The translations under genes and the position numbers were made by a program. The notes beneath the pieces were generated by a model. That model had not been told where the DNA came from, did not search any database, and saw only the letters and a program-made list of their open reading frames with translations. From an uncultured Actinomycetes bacterium (GTDB taxonomy: Bacteria > Actinomycetota > Thermoleophilia > Gaiellales > F1-60-MAGs149), in NCBI GenBank assembly GCA_963779685.1, contig CAVZZG010000003.1, forward strand, positions 1,095,382 through 1,159,381: a stretch of 64,000 nt of DNA. The letters run 5' to 3'. The number at the start of each line of letters is the position of its first letter. The stretch's first letter is position 1. Shown one piece after another: positions 1 to 11,348 of this stretch.

Positions 1-88
1 GTTGTCCCGGGTAGTTAACGAGGCCAACCGGGGTCCTCGGCTTGCAGCTCACCACGGATCACGACCACGTCGAAACCAGGTCGCCCCC
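1..88 (-). ncRNA. ssrA: tmRNA, 5' part (truncated by window edge)
   Basis: Minus strand begins GGGGGCGACCTGGTTTCGACG, the typical tmRNA 5' end (GGGG..GA..GG.TTCGAC). A TACAAT -10 box lies at 104-99 and smpB is 3.5 kb away. Confidence 0.85.
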
Positions 89-120
89 GTGCACGCTCAT
101 TGTACCGTGGGCGGACGGGT

Positions 121-615
121 CTACCAGCTTCCGGTCGCGGCTTCGGGTTCGCCGTAGCCGCCGCGCTCGACTACCCACCAGCCGGCGAGCAGCTCGCCGG
201 TGCCGGATGCGCCCAGGAATGAGATCGCATCTGCCTGGGCGTGCGACTCCTCCGTCAGCGGCGTGACGGAGATCCGCAGCGCGCCGCCAACGCGCTCGAT
301 GGCGTACGCCGGCGCGGACAGCTCGCCCGCGAAGGCCGCGCGAACCAGGCCGGCGAGCTGGTCGATGCGCCGGTGCAGGACCTCGCGAGCCTCGCCGACG
401 ACCGGCGCGTCGATGGCCGATTCCGGCACTCGTCCCGGGGCACCCGCGGGGTGGCCCAACGGTGCCGCCGCCGCCCGCAGCAGGCCGCGGCGGGACGAGG
501 CGAGGAAGCGGGCGTCGCAGAGCTCGTCGACCAGAGCGTGCATGCCGGCGGTGCTGTGCGTCCCCGCCGCCTCCACCACCACCGTCACGGTCCGACCTGG
601 TGCCATCTGTCTCAC
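121..615 (-). CDS. hypothetical protein
   Basis: 164-aa ORF filling the gap between ssrA and a divergent gene; no motif recognised. Confidence 0.5.
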   Translation of the reverse strand: MRQMAPGRTVTVVVEAAGTHSTAGMHALVDELCDARFLASSRRGLLRAAAAPLGHPAGAPGRVPESAIDAPVVGEAREVLHRRIDQLAGLVRAAFAGELSAPAYAIERVGGALRISVTPLTEESHAQADAISFLGASGTGELLAGWWVVERGGYGEPEAATGSW

Positions 616-671
616 CCTACGCGATGGCGGCGGCGATTCCTCTGCCCGCGTCGTGTATGACTCCCTGCACG

Positions 672-1661
672 ATGTCGCGCCGAATCCTCAGGGCGGTCGG
701 GCTGACGCTCGTCGCGCTCATCGCCCTCGGAGCGCTGCTCGCCTTCATCCCGGCAGGTACCGGCGGCCTCGACGTCAGCGCCCCGCACCCGGTCGCGGAC
801 TACAAGGCCGCGGCGGCCGCGGTCGCTGCGGACACCGCCAAGCAGGCCGCCGGTCGCGACCCGCTGTGCTCCACGGGGATCCTCTCCCCCGGTCGCCAGA
901 CGGATCGGGTGGTGGTGCTCGTCCACGATCTCGGCACCTGCCCGCTCCAGTACATCGACCTCGCGAAGCAGCTCCAGGCCCAGGGCTACACCGTCTACAC
1001 CCCGCTGCTGCCGCGGCACGGCCGCGCCCAGGGTGGCTCGGACAACCTCGCCGACCTTACCCCCGAGGAGCTCCGCGACGCTGCCGACCACATCGTCGAC
1101 GTCGCCGTCGGGCTGGGCAAGAAGGTCTACGTCGTCGGAACGGGTGCCGGGGGCGTGATGGCCGCCTGGATCGCCGAGCAGCGCAAGGACGTCGCGGGCG
1201 TGGTCGTGGTCAACCCGGCCTTCGGCATCGGCCAGGTCCCCGGGTTCGTCTCGACCGGGACCATGAACCTGCTCAGCCGACTCCCGAACTTCAACGTCCC
1301 GTTGGGCACGTCCCTCGATCACGCCTACGCCGACACCTCGACGCGCGGGGCGGTCGCCGTGTACCGGCTCGGCCAGAGCGTGCTCGACGTCGCGTCGCTC
1401 AGCCGGCCGCTGGTGCTGCAGGTGGCGGTGGTCGCCAACGAGGGCGACTCGAGCGTCCCGAACGATCAGGTGAAGAGCCTCGTCTCGCGCTGGCGGCGCA
1501 AGGGCGCGGACATCCAGTTCGTCGCCGTGCCGTCCGATCTCGGCCTCCCCCACGACCTGATCGACCCCAGGGCCGAGGGCGCGGCGACCGGCATCGTCTA
1601 CCCGATGATCGAGCAGTTGCTGCGGGGCGCCATGCCCGCGGCGCCCATTGTCTCGCGGTAG
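672..1661 (+). CDS. secreted/membrane-anchored alpha/beta hydrolase-fold protein
   Basis: N-terminal TM segment, VVLVHDL, PLLPRHG, and a GTGAGG elbow lacking the canonical Ser. Confidence 0.7.
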   Translation: MSRRILRAVGLTLVALIALGALLAFIPAGTGGLDVSAPHPVADYKAAAAAVAADTAKQAAGRDPLCSTGILSPGRQTDRVVVLVHDLGTCPLQYIDLAKQLQAQGYTVYTPLLPRHGRAQGGSDNLADLTPEELRDAADHIVDVAVGLGKKVYVVGTGAGGVMAAWIAEQRKDVAGVVVVNPAFGIGQVPGFVSTGTMNLLSRLPNFNVPLGTSLDHAYADTSTRGAVAVYRLGQSVLDVASLSRPLVLQVAVVANEGDSSVPNDQVKSLVSRWRRKGADIQFVAVPSDLGLPHDLIDPRAEGAATGIVYPMIEQLLRGAMPAAPIVSR

Positions 1662-1843
1662 TGTCCCGGGTCCGAAGTTCGTCGGCAGGTCGGCGCGAGG
1701 AGCAAACCTGACAAGAAGCAGGCCCGAGAGGCAGGCTGGTGGCCTGACCGAGGGCCCGCGACGATGCCCACCGGCTTAGCCGGTGGGTTTCAGGCGCCGC
1801 TCCGCAGCACCGGGAATGCCGGCGAACTTCCGACCCGGGACAC
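1661..1843. mobile_element. MITE with 27-bp terminal inverted repeats and TA flanks (IS630-like)
   Basis: GTGTCCCGGGTCCGAAGTTCGTCGGCA at 1661 matches the reverse complement of 1817-1843 at 25/27. TA at 1659-1660 and 1844-1845. Internal palindrome CCCACCGGCTTAGCCGGTGGG. Confidence 0.75.
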
Positions 1844-1845
1844 TA

Positions 1846-3540
1846 TTAACGCCGGGGGAGGGCGCGGCGGTAGAGGCCGACGAGTGGGGCCGGGAGGTCG
1901 ACGAGCGACTCCGCGGTGAGGGTCACGAGGGCCGCCAGCGGCAGGTCGCGGCGCTGCTCGAAGGCCGCGAAGCGCGGCTCCCAGGCCGGGAAGAACTTGC
2001 GGTTGAAGTCCAGCAGGCGCTCGACCTGGAAGTAGCGGTCGGCGCGTCCGAGGCACCACTTCAGGCCGTGTTCCCACCGCGCCAGGTCGCCATCCTCGCT
2101 CCGCAGCAGCTCGCCGAAGGCGTTGAAGTTCAGCGACACGCGCTCGATGCCGTGCTCGCGACCCCAGGCGAAGGCAGCGGCGAGCAGGTACTCCATCATC
2201 CCGTTCGGCGTCTCAGGCAGGCGCCGCATCGCGGACAGTGAGAGCGCATGGGCCATCGGCACCGGCACGAAGTGGATGAACCCGTGCGGCCGTCCGTCGC
2301 TGCCGAGCGCGATCACGAACACCGCCGATCCGTGCTCCTCGGCCCAGAGATCGTCCATCGCCATCGAGAAGCCGCGCTCGGGCTGCCCTCCCAGCCACAG
2401 CCGTGACACCCGCAGCAGCCCGGACAGCAGCTCCGGCGTCAACTCCGACCGGCGCAGCACCAGCGACGTGTACCCGGCCTTCTCGGCCCGCGTCACCGAT
2501 TGGCGGACCTTGCGGATGGGCCGCCCCTCCAGCGTGAAGGTCCGGGGATCGACGATCGCCTCGTCGCCGATGTACATCGTCCGCAGCCCGGCCGCCTCGT
2601 AGGCTGGGAGGTGCGACTGACCAACGCCGATCGCCGCCACGCGCCAGTCGTGGCGGCGCGCGAACTCGCGGAAGTCGGCCAGCAGCGGCTGGCAGCAGCC
2701 CGGCGGGCCGATCGGGTCGCCGGAGATCAGCGCGACGCCGCCGGCGACCCGGTAGGCCACCACGGCGGTCCGCCGATCGCTGAAGAAGTAGTCCTTGTCG
2801 CGTCGCAACGCGAAGTAGTCGAGCGTGTCCGAGCCGGCCGTCTCCACCAGGTACCGCGCGTCGGCGCGATCGACCGCGTGGCGCTGCAGGTACTGGCGCC
2901 GTGGCTTCAGCCACAGGAATGCCAGCCAGGCCGCGGCGGCGATGGTGTACACGACGATGGCTCTCGGCACGGCATGCGCGCCACGACCCTGGAGCCGGTC
3001 CGGCCCGAGCCCGACGACCGAGTGCAGGAACTCGGACACCCACTGGATCGGTGACAGCGCGTCGCCCATGAGCAGCGACTGGCCCTCGATCAGCAGCAGC
3101 CCGAGCAGGACGAGTCCGGCGAGGGCGGCGAGGGCGTGGCGGCGGAACGTCGCCGGCGTCTCGGGATCGCCCGGCACGTCGAAGGCGTCGCGGTAGAGCA
3201 CGAGGCCACCGAGCAGGAGCAGCGACGCCGCGGCCTCCTCGATGTCGAGGCCCTTGGCGAGGTGCAGCAGGGCGACGCCGCTGAGCATGCCCACGGCCGC
3301 CTGCCATGCGCGGCGGCGGCGACGGTGCAGGCCGCCTGCGACGATCAGCAGGGTCACCGAGAGGGCGAGCGTCAGGGCTGCGGCGATGGCCGCCAGGCCG
3401 GACGGGATCACCGACGCGACCAGTTCGGAGCGGTCGCGGAGCGCCGGCGTCAGGGCCGAGACGATGCCCACCAGCGCGACGACCGCGAGCCCGATCGAGA
3501 GCAGCCGGACGGCGAGCGTATGGCGCGACCCCGGCGGCAT
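1846..3540 (-). CDS. phosphatidylglycerol lysyltransferase (MprF/LysX-like, DUF2156)
   Basis: TM N-terminus, DTLDYFALRRDK, SGDPIG, ERGFSM, NGMMEYL, FNRKF.PAWEPR. Confidence 0.85.
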   Translation of the reverse strand: MPPGSRHTLAVRLLSIGLAVVALVGIVSALTPALRDRSELVASVIPSGLAAIAAALTLALSVTLLIVAGGLHRRRRRAWQAAVGMLSGVALLHLAKGLDIEEAAASLLLLGGLVLYRDAFDVPGDPETPATFRRHALAALAGLVLLGLLLIEGQSLLMGDALSPIQWVSEFLHSVVGLGPDRLQGRGAHAVPRAIVVYTIAAAAWLAFLWLKPRRQYLQRHAVDRADARYLVETAGSDTLDYFALRRDKDYFFSDRRTAVVAYRVAGGVALISGDPIGPPGCCQPLLADFREFARRHDWRVAAIGVGQSHLPAYEAAGLRTMYIGDEAIVDPRTFTLEGRPIRKVRQSVTRAEKAGYTSLVLRRSELTPELLSGLLRVSRLWLGGQPERGFSMAMDDLWAEEHGSAVFVIALGSDGRPHGFIHFVPVPMAHALSLSAMRRLPETPNGMMEYLLAAAFAWGREHGIERVSLNFNAFGELLRSEDGDLARWEHGLKWCLGRADRYFQVERLLDFNRKFFPAWEPRFAAFEQRRDLPLAALVTLTAESLVDLPAPLVGLYRRALPRR

Positions 3541-3542
3541 CC

Positions 3543-4010
3543 CTAGTCGTCAGAGGCCTGCTTGAGGGCACGCTCGATCTGCCGCTTGGCCTCCCGCTCG
3601 GCGACCGCCTCGCGCTTGTCGCCGGCATCCCTGCCCCGGGCGAGGGCGATCTCGAGCTTCGCCTTGCCGTCCACGAAGTAGATCCGCAGCGGCACGAGCG
3701 TCAGGCCGCGCTCGGCGGTGCGCTGGCGCATCCGCTCGATCTCGCGAGTGTGGAGGAGCAGCCGCCGGTCGCGGTCGGGGCGGTGGTTGGCACGGTTCCC
3801 CTCGGAGTAGGGCTGGATCGTCGCGCCGACCAGGAACACCTCGTGGTCGCGCACCTGCCCGTAGGCCTCGGCGATGCTCGCCTGGCCTGCACGCAGCGAC
3901 TTGACCTCGGTGCCGACGAGGGAGATGCCGGCCTCGAACCGCTCCTCGATCTCGTAGGCATGGAGCGCGCGGCGGTTCGAGACCACCGTCCGGGAGGGCT
4001 TGTCGGTCAT
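3543..4010 (-). CDS. smpB: SsrA-binding protein
   Basis: NRRALHAY, EAGISLVGTEVKSLR, DKRE. Confidence 0.97.
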   Translation of the reverse strand: MTDKPSRTVVSNRRALHAYEIEERFEAGISLVGTEVKSLRAGQASIAEAYGQVRDHEVFLVGATIQPYSEGNRANHRPDRDRRLLLHTREIERMRQRTAERGLTLVPLRIYFVDGKAKLEIALARGRDAGDKREAVAEREAKRQIERALKQASDD

Positions 4011-4013
4011 CGG

Positions 4014-4805
4014 TCAGGAGACCGGCATCTGGACGAGGTTCTGCTCGCTGCCGTCGGCGGCAGAGATCGAGAAGGCCTCGACCACGAGGTCGGACGCACC
4101 GGCCGCGACCTTCAGCGAGCCCTCGAACACACCACGACACCCGGTGCCGCAGGTGGCGGTGAGCGTGCGGGACGCGAGCACCGCCCCCTTCGACACCACC
4201 CTCACCTGCACCGTGGCCTCGAACACGTCCGCCGTGCCGAAGAACGAGACCGTCCGGCCCTGAGCGTGCGCTCGCAGGAGCTCGATCCACGGCGGGTGGT
4301 CCGACCGGTCCGGCGAGGCCAGCATCCGCGCGTCGAGCAGGCTGCCGACCTGCTGTCCGCCGGCGAGGATCTGCACCCAGTTGACGCCCCCGACGTCGAG
4401 CATCGTGCGCGCGATCTGCCCCGTGGCCGCGTCGATGTCGTGGGCGGTCGTCAGGTCATGCGAGAAGCCTGCGCTCAGCACGGCGGAGTCGTTGGCCACG
4501 CGGGCGAGTTGGGTCGAGGCGGGAATCGCGGTCGTCAGGCCGGCGGTTGTCGGCCCGGCCAGCAGCAGCTCGAGCGCCTGGCGCGCAACGGCCACGGTGA
4601 CCGGCGCAGCGACGGTGACGCGGGAGGGCGCCGTGCCCGAGAGGAACCAGAGCGCGACCTGGTGGGTGGCGGCGACCGACGACGACGCCGACGAGGGCGG
4701 CGGGGCCGATGTCGCGCTGCTGGCAGACGGCGATGACCCGCCGCCGCAGGCGGCGAGCAGGCACGCGGCGATCAGGACCAGGACGCTACGCATCGGGAGC
4801 AGCAT
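4014..4805 (-). CDS. GerMN/Gmad2-domain lipoprotein
   Basis: Lipobox LAAC, ALELLLAGPT, GTADVFEATV, ATCGTGCRG. Confidence 0.75.
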   Translation of the reverse strand: MLLPMRSVLVLIAACLLAACGGGSSPSASSATSAPPPSSASSSVAATHQVALWFLSGTAPSRVTVAAPVTVAVARQALELLLAGPTTAGLTTAIPASTQLARVANDSAVLSAGFSHDLTTAHDIDAATGQIARTMLDVGGVNWVQILAGGQQVGSLLDARMLASPDRSDHPPWIELLRAHAQGRTVSFFGTADVFEATVQVRVVSKGAVLASRTLTATCGTGCRGVFEGSLKVAAGASDLVVEAFSISAADGSEQNLVQMPVS

Positions 4806-5730
4806 CCTCGATCGTGATCAGTCGTTCGGCGACGGTGTCCTCGCCGCCGGAGGGGCCCGGTCGCACCATGAGACGGAAGGTAACGGCACCGGTCACGCCC
4901 CACGGCACCTCGAGCGCACCGGTGAAGCGTGCGCAGGGCGCCGGATTCGCGGCGCCGGGCTGGTTGAAGGCCATGTCGGCCCGGTCGAGGTTGCGCACGA
5001 CGCGGCCGTCCTGGATCAGCTGCGCGACGACACGACCGGACTTCCGGGTGGTCACCGCACGGAACCGGACGAAACCGTCGTTCGAGGTGCCGGCAGGCAG
5101 GGGTTCGATCAACCGGAGCGCGGCTTCCCGCCTGGGAAGGCGGCCGGTAGGCTGGCATGCACCCGAGTCGGCGAAACTGGCCGCGGCCACGCCGAACAGG
5201 TCGCGGGTGAGGCTCGCCCCCTCGAAGGTCTGCACCAGCGAGATCGGCTCGCCGTTGAGGCTCACCTGCACGTTCGTGATCTCTGCGAACGACGTCAGCG
5301 TGTAGACGATCTCCTCCAGCAACGCCTGGCGGCGGCGCGCACCGGGGCCGATGTCGGCGAACTTGTCCTGCTGGATCGGCTCGAACGGTCCCACCAGGTC
5401 GACCGATGCTGCACCGTCCTGCACCGTGAAGTTGGCGAGCTTGGCACCGGGCGGGATGGCCGAGGCGAAGCGCTTTCCGCGTTCGACCGCGGTTGGCCCC
5501 TCGAGCAGCGCCCGCAGCGCGGCGCGGGCCAGCGACGGGCTCGGCGCGACCAGTCGCTGCACGGCAGCCGGGCCCCCGTAGCGGATGAAGTAGACATCGA
5601 CTTGCTGGGAGGGCGCGGCCTGGCCCCCCACGACCTCCTGCACCTTCGGCCCCTCGTCGCGGACGCCCGTCGTGGCGCCACAGCCGGCCGCCGCCAGCGC
5701 GCAGGCGAGGCCGAGCACCGCGCGCCTCAT
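4786..5730 (-). CDS. GerMN-domain lipoprotein
   Basis: Lipobox AAGC, ALRALLEGPT..E, SAIP, EIVYTLTSF. Confidence 0.75.
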   Translation of the reverse strand: MRRAVLGLACALAAAGCGATTGVRDEGPKVQEVVGGQAAPSQQVDVYFIRYGGPAAVQRLVAPSPSLARAALRALLEGPTAVERGKRFASAIPPGAKLANFTVQDGAASVDLVGPFEPIQQDKFADIGPGARRRQALLEEIVYTLTSFAEITNVQVSLNGEPISLVQTFEGASLTRDLFGVAAASFADSGACQPTGRLPRREAALRLIEPLPAGTSNDGFVRFRAVTTRKSGRVVAQLIQDGRVVRNLDRADMAFNQPGAANPAPCARFTGALEVPWGVTGAVTFRLMVRPGPSGGEDTVAERLITIEDAAPDA

Positions 5731-7000
5731 GACAGCGCCTCCGCCAGAGGCGTGCGCGCCGTCACCGAACCGGGCAGGCGGAGGGTCACCACCGCGCCAT
5801 CCTCGTCGCGCAGTTCGACCGACCCGCCGATCACGCGGGCCTGGCCCCGGCAGATCGCGAGGCCCAGACCAGTGCCCCGGCCGCGCTCGGGGGCCGCCAG
5901 CGCGAACCGCTCGCCCGCGTACGGCAGGAAGGCGCCGAACCCGTCGCCCGAATCGCGCACCGTGACGATCGCGTCGGCACCGTCGCTGTCGACCGTGACG
6001 ACGTACGGCGGGCGTCCATGGCGGCGGGCGTTCTCGAGCAGGTTCACGAGGATGCGCTCGATGCGCCGCGCGTCGGACACGACCTCGACGTCACCGGCGG
6101 CGATCACCTCGGCCTGCGGCAGGCGCGAGGCGACGACATCGCGCACCAGGCGCAGGAGTGGCAGCGGGTCGACGCGCGCGGTCTCCGACGGCGACTCGAG
6201 CCGCATCACCTCGAGCAGGTCCTCGACCAGCGCGGCCAGCGCGGCGGCGCGCTCGCGCACCATCCGGGCAGGGCGCGAGTCGTCGAGCAGGGCGGCGGCA
6301 GCCACGAGCCCGGTGACGGGCGTGCGCAGCTCGTGGGCGACGTCGCCGGAGAACCGCTTCTCGCGCTGAGCTGCGTCGGCGAGCTCGTGGATCTTGGCTC
6401 CCAGTGCCGCTGCCATGTCGTCGAGTGCGCGGCCCAGCTGCGCGATCTCGTCGCTGCCCCTCGGTGCCAGCCGTGCCTCGAGGTCGCCCGCAGCGAGCCG
6501 GCGGGCGAGCGCGGCCGTTCGCCGCAGGGGCCGGCCGAGCGCGATCGACGCGATCAACCCGAGCAGCGCGCCGACGCAGGCCGCGCCGATGCAGATCTGC
6601 AGGAGCGCCACGCGCAGGTCCGCGAGTGCCTGCACGTCGGCCGCGAACGGCCGCTGGGCGTAGATCCGGGCGCCGTCCTTGGCGCGCGTCCCGGCGATCA
6701 CGACCGGGACGCCGTGGGAGCGCACGATCACGGAGTAGACGTCGCCGTTCACGAGCCGCTGACGGAGGTAGGAGGGCACGTAGGGCGACAGCGAGCCGTT
6801 GGCCGGCTCGAAGATGGCCTGCGCCTGGACGCCGACCCCGTCGTCGTACACCTCGGCGTAGAGGCGGGCGACCTGGGCCGTGCTCTTGCGGGCGCGGTCG
6901 TAGCGGTCGGACTTCTCCTGGCTGTACAGCAGGACGCCGGTGCCGCCGGCGACGAGCCCGGCGATGGTCGCGATCGCGAGCGCCAACTTGAGCCGCAGGC

Positions 7001-7004
<4 letters not shown>
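5727..7004 (-). CDS. HAMP-domain sensor histidine kinase (MtrB/CseC-like)
   Basis: DVAHELRTP, NLLENARRHG, DSGDG, GTGLGLAI. Confidence 0.93.
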
Positions 7005-7716
<712 letters not shown>

Positions 7717-7720
<4 letters not shown>

Positions 7721-9378
7721 CGCTCGGATGATACGGGCGCCAGCGAGATCCTGCCTCGCCGCACGTCCGCGGACTCCACCCGCACTGCAACGACGTCTCC
7801 GAGCCGGAACCGCCGGCCTTCCTCCCCGAGCAGGGCGGTGCCGAGCGCGTTGGGCTCGAAGTGCTCGCGCCCCAGGCGGCGGGACGGCAGGAAGCCCTCG
7901 AACACCTCGCCGAACCGCACGAACAGCCCGGGGCCGATCAGGCCGACGACCTCGCCGCTGAACTCGGTGCCGGGCGCGACGAGCGTGGCGAGCGCGACCG
8001 CCTCGCCGCGGCGCTCGAGGGCCTCCCACTCGCGCTCGCGCTCGGACAGCTCGATCGCGAGCTCCTCGGTGGGGTTCGTCGGCTCGCCGTGCAGGGCCCG
8101 GTGCACGAGCAGGTCGGGATACCGCCGGATGGGGCTCGTGAAGTGGCAGTACGCAGGGCTTGCGAGCCCGCTGTGGCCCGTCGCCGCCAGCGTGTAGCGC
8201 GCCTGCTTGAGCGAGCGCAGCACGAGCATCGCCCAGCCCGCGCCGCTCACCTTGCGCTGGTGCGCATGGCGCGACATCGCGCCGGCGGCGGCCGCGACCG
8301 CCGCGGCAGCCGCGGTCGGCGCGAGCACCTTCGGCAGTGGCGGCGTCGGGACGCCGACATCTTCGAGCTGCGCATAGAGGCGTTCGACGGCCTCGACGTC
8401 GGGCGGGTCGTGGGCGCGGAAGGGCGCGGAGGCACTCTCCGCGATGCGCGCGGCGACGACCTCGTTGGCGAGGATCATCAGCTCCTCGACGAGCATGTGG
8501 GCGACCGGCTCCGCGATCATCCGGGCCGAGACGACGAAGCCGTCGCCGATCTGCAGCTCGCATTCGCCCAGCTCGAGCGCGAGCGCGCCCCGGGCGAGAC
8601 GGGCCGCGCGCAGCCCGCCGGCGATGGCGTGGGCGTGACGCAGCGCCTCGCGGAGATCCGCCGCCACGTCGCCGCGGCCGTCCAGCAGCGCCTCGACCTC
8701 CTCGTAGGCGAACCGGCGCCGCGAACGGATCTGGCTCCGGTAGATCGCGCCGGGCCCTGGCACGAGGTCGCGGGAGAACGGGATCTCGACGGTGACGACG
8801 TCGCGCGGGCGGTCGGGCACGAGGCTGCAGAGCCCGGCCGACAGCCTCGGCGGCAGCATCGGGTCGACGCGGCCGGGCAGGTAGCAGGAGAAGCCGCGGG
8901 TGCGGGCGTCGAGGTCGAGCGCGCCGCCCGTCGGTACCGCCGCGGCGACGTCGGCGATGTGCACCCGCACCAGCGCGCCGTCCGGCGTCGGCACGATCGA
9001 GATGGCATCGTCGTGGTCCTTGGCCGAGCCGGGGTCGACGGTGAAGGCGAGGTCGTCCCGGAGGTCGCGTCGTCCGTCGGAGGGCGAGGCCGGGTCGGAC
9101 GGCAGGCGTTCGGCCTCGGCCTCGGCGCCCGGCGAGAACGGCCGGGCCGCACCGCCCTCGGCAGCGACCGCGTGCAGCACGCAGCGGATGTCGCGGGGCG
9201 AGCCGAGCCGTTCCACCACCCGGCCGCGGTTGCCGTCGGGGCTGCGCTCGACCAGGACGAGCTCGCCCGGATCGGGCTGGTGGCGTCCCAGCTTGCCGAG
9301 CGCGAGCGGCTGGCCGGGCTCGAAGTACGGATCGGCGACGAGGAAGCGACCTCGGCGGACGATCTCGCAGGCGATCAC
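7717..9378 (-). CDS. rnr: RNB-family exoribonuclease (RNase R-like)
   Basis: TVDPGSAKDHDDA, VHIADV, HFTSPIRRYPDL, C-terminal S1 domain. Confidence 0.85.
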
Positions 9379-10286
9379 ACGCGCAGGAACTTGCGCATCG
9401 TCAGCCCGGAGCCGGCGGCCCCGAGCGCGATGCCGGCGACGATCAGGAGGGCCGAGATCTGCCAGAACGCGAGCGCCGACGCGGAGTTCGACGTGGACAC
9501 CCCGTCACCGCTGAGCCAGCCGGAGAGGGCCTCGTACGACAGGAACAGCGCGATCACCGCGCCGATCGAGCCGGCCAGGCCGCAGATCATGCCCTCGAAC
9601 ATGAAGGGCCAGCGCACGAACCAGTTGGTGGCGCCGACGAGCTTCATCACCTCGACCTCGCGCCGGCGGGCGAAGATCGAGAGCCGGATCGTGTTGCCGA
9701 TCAGCAGCACCGCGGCGACGGCGAGCACGATCGCGACGGTCGCGATCACGGCCTCGATGATGCCGGCCGTGCGGATCACCTTGTCGGAGACCGTCGAGCC
9801 GTAGTCGGGGTTCGGCATGTCGTGGGCCGGGTCGGACTTGAGCAGGCCGTCCATCCCCGCGATCGACTTGGCGACCGTGGCGGTGTTGTCGGCGTTGGCG
9901 GCCTTGACCTCGAACCGGGCCTGGAACGGGTTGATCCCGCCGATCTGCTTGAGGGCGTCGCCGTAGCGCTTCTTCGCCTCCTGATAGGCGTCGTCCTTGG
10001 TGAAGAAGCGGACCGAGGACTGGTTGATGCGCGGGTCCTCGCGCAGCTGCTTCTCGATCGCGAGCGTCTGCGCCCGGGTCGCGGTGTCGTCGATCCAGAT
10101 CTTGATCGTCACGTCGTGCTTGGCCGACGACGTGAAGCTGATCATGTAGCTGCCGAGCGCGGCCCCGATGCCCATCAGGAAGAGCACGACGAGCACGGTC
10201 ACCACGGCCGCCAGGGTGGTCGCGAAGTTGTTGCGCAGCGACCGGATGGCCTCGGTGAAGAAGAAGTTGACGCGGTTCCGGCCCAC
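9375..10286 (-). CDS. ftsX: cell division permease FtsX
   Basis: NTIRLSIFARRREVEVMKLVGATNWFVRWPF. Confidence 0.95.
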   Translation of the reverse strand: MGRNRVNFFFTEAIRSLRNNFATTLAAVVTVLVVLFLMGIGAALGSYMISFTSSAKHDVTIKIWIDDTATRAQTLAIEKQLREDPRINQSSVRFFTKDDAYQEAKKRYGDALKQIGGINPFQARFEVKAANADNTATVAKSIAGMDGLLKSDPAHDMPNPDYGSTVSDKVIRTAGIIEAVIATVAIVLAVAAVLLIGNTIRLSIFARRREVEVMKLVGATNWFVRWPFMFEGMICGLAGSIGAVIALFLSYEALSGWLSGDGVSTSNSASALAFWQISALLIVAGIALGAAGSGLTMRKFLRV

Positions 10287-11237
10287 TCAGTGCACCGCCA
10301 CGTCTTCAACGTAGCCGCCGCGGCGGTCGTCACGGACGATGCGGCCGTCCTCGAGCGCGACGACGCGGCGGCGCATCTTGTCGACCATCTCGCGGTCGTG
10401 CGTGGCCATCAGCACGGTCGTGCCGGTGCGCTGGATGCGGTACAGGAGCTGCATGATCCCGATCGACGTGTCGGGGTCGAGGTTGCCGGTCGGCTCGTCG
10501 CAGATCAGGAGCGGCGGGTGGTTGACGAACGCGCGGGCGATCGAGACGCGCTGGGCCTGGCCGCCGGAGAGCTCGTTCGGGTACTTGTCCATCTTGTCGC
10601 CGAGCCCGACCAGGTGCAGGATCTCGGGCACCTTCTGGTCGATGGTCTCGCGCCGGTGGCCCTGCACCTCGAGCGCGTAGGCGACGTTCTCGTACACCGT
10701 GCGGCTGGGCAGGAGCTTGAAGTCCTGGAACACGCAGCCGATGTTGCGCCGCAGCTGGGGCACCTTCGACCGCCGGAGCTTCGACAGCGAGCGGCCGCCG
10801 ACGATGATGTTGCCGCGGGTGCCGTCGATCTCCTTGAGCAGCAGCTTGATCATGGTGGACTTGCCGGAGCCGGACGGACCGACGAGGAACACCCACTCGC
10901 CCTTGTCGATCTGCAGCGACACGTCGCGGAGGCCGATCACGTTGCCCGGGTACACCTTCGTGACGCTCTCGAGCAGGATCATCGCGTTCGACTTCGGAGC
11001 CGGCGGTCGCACCCACTCCTCGGTCGTCGCCGACATGGCCTCGTACGCCTCGAGCCGGCGTCGCCGCGCCTCGTCGTTGGCGCGCTCGATCTCGGAACGC
11101 TGATCCGCAGTCAGCTCGACCGAACGCGGCGCCGGCATTGCCGCCGGTGGCGTGTCCCACTCCGTCGAATCGCTGCGAAGGTCGTCCGCTCCGGGGAGTT
11201 CGAAGTCCCCGGTAGATTGCCCCTCACGCTTCAGCAT
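10287..11237 (-). CDS. ftsE: cell division ATP-binding protein FtsE (start uncertain)
   Basis: GPSGSGKST, VFQDFKLL, LSGGQAQR, DEPTGNLD; adjacent to ftsX. Confidence 0.92.
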   Translation of the reverse strand: MLKREGQSTGDFELPGADDLRSDSTEWDTPPAAMPAPRSVELTADQRSEIERANDEARRRRLEAYEAMSATTEEWVRPPAPKSNAMILLESVTKVYPGNVIGLRDVSLQIDKGEWVFLVGPSGSGKSTMIKLLLKEIDGTRGNIIVGGRSLSKLRRSKVPQLRRNIGCVFQDFKLLPSRTVYENVAYALEVQGHRRETIDQKVPEILHLVGLGDKMDKYPNELSGGQAQRVSIARAFVNHPPLLICDEPTGNLDPDTSIGIMQLLYRIQRTGTTVLMATHDREMVDKMRRRVVALEDGRIVRDDRRGGYVEDVAVH

Positions 11238-11348
11238 GGACTCGGCACCAGAGTAGCCCACCTCTTCGGAGCCACCAAGCAGTAGCGCCCGAAAGTCCTG
11301 CAAAACGCGCTAGTGTCGCGAGTTCGACGAACGTCGGACGGGGGGCGC

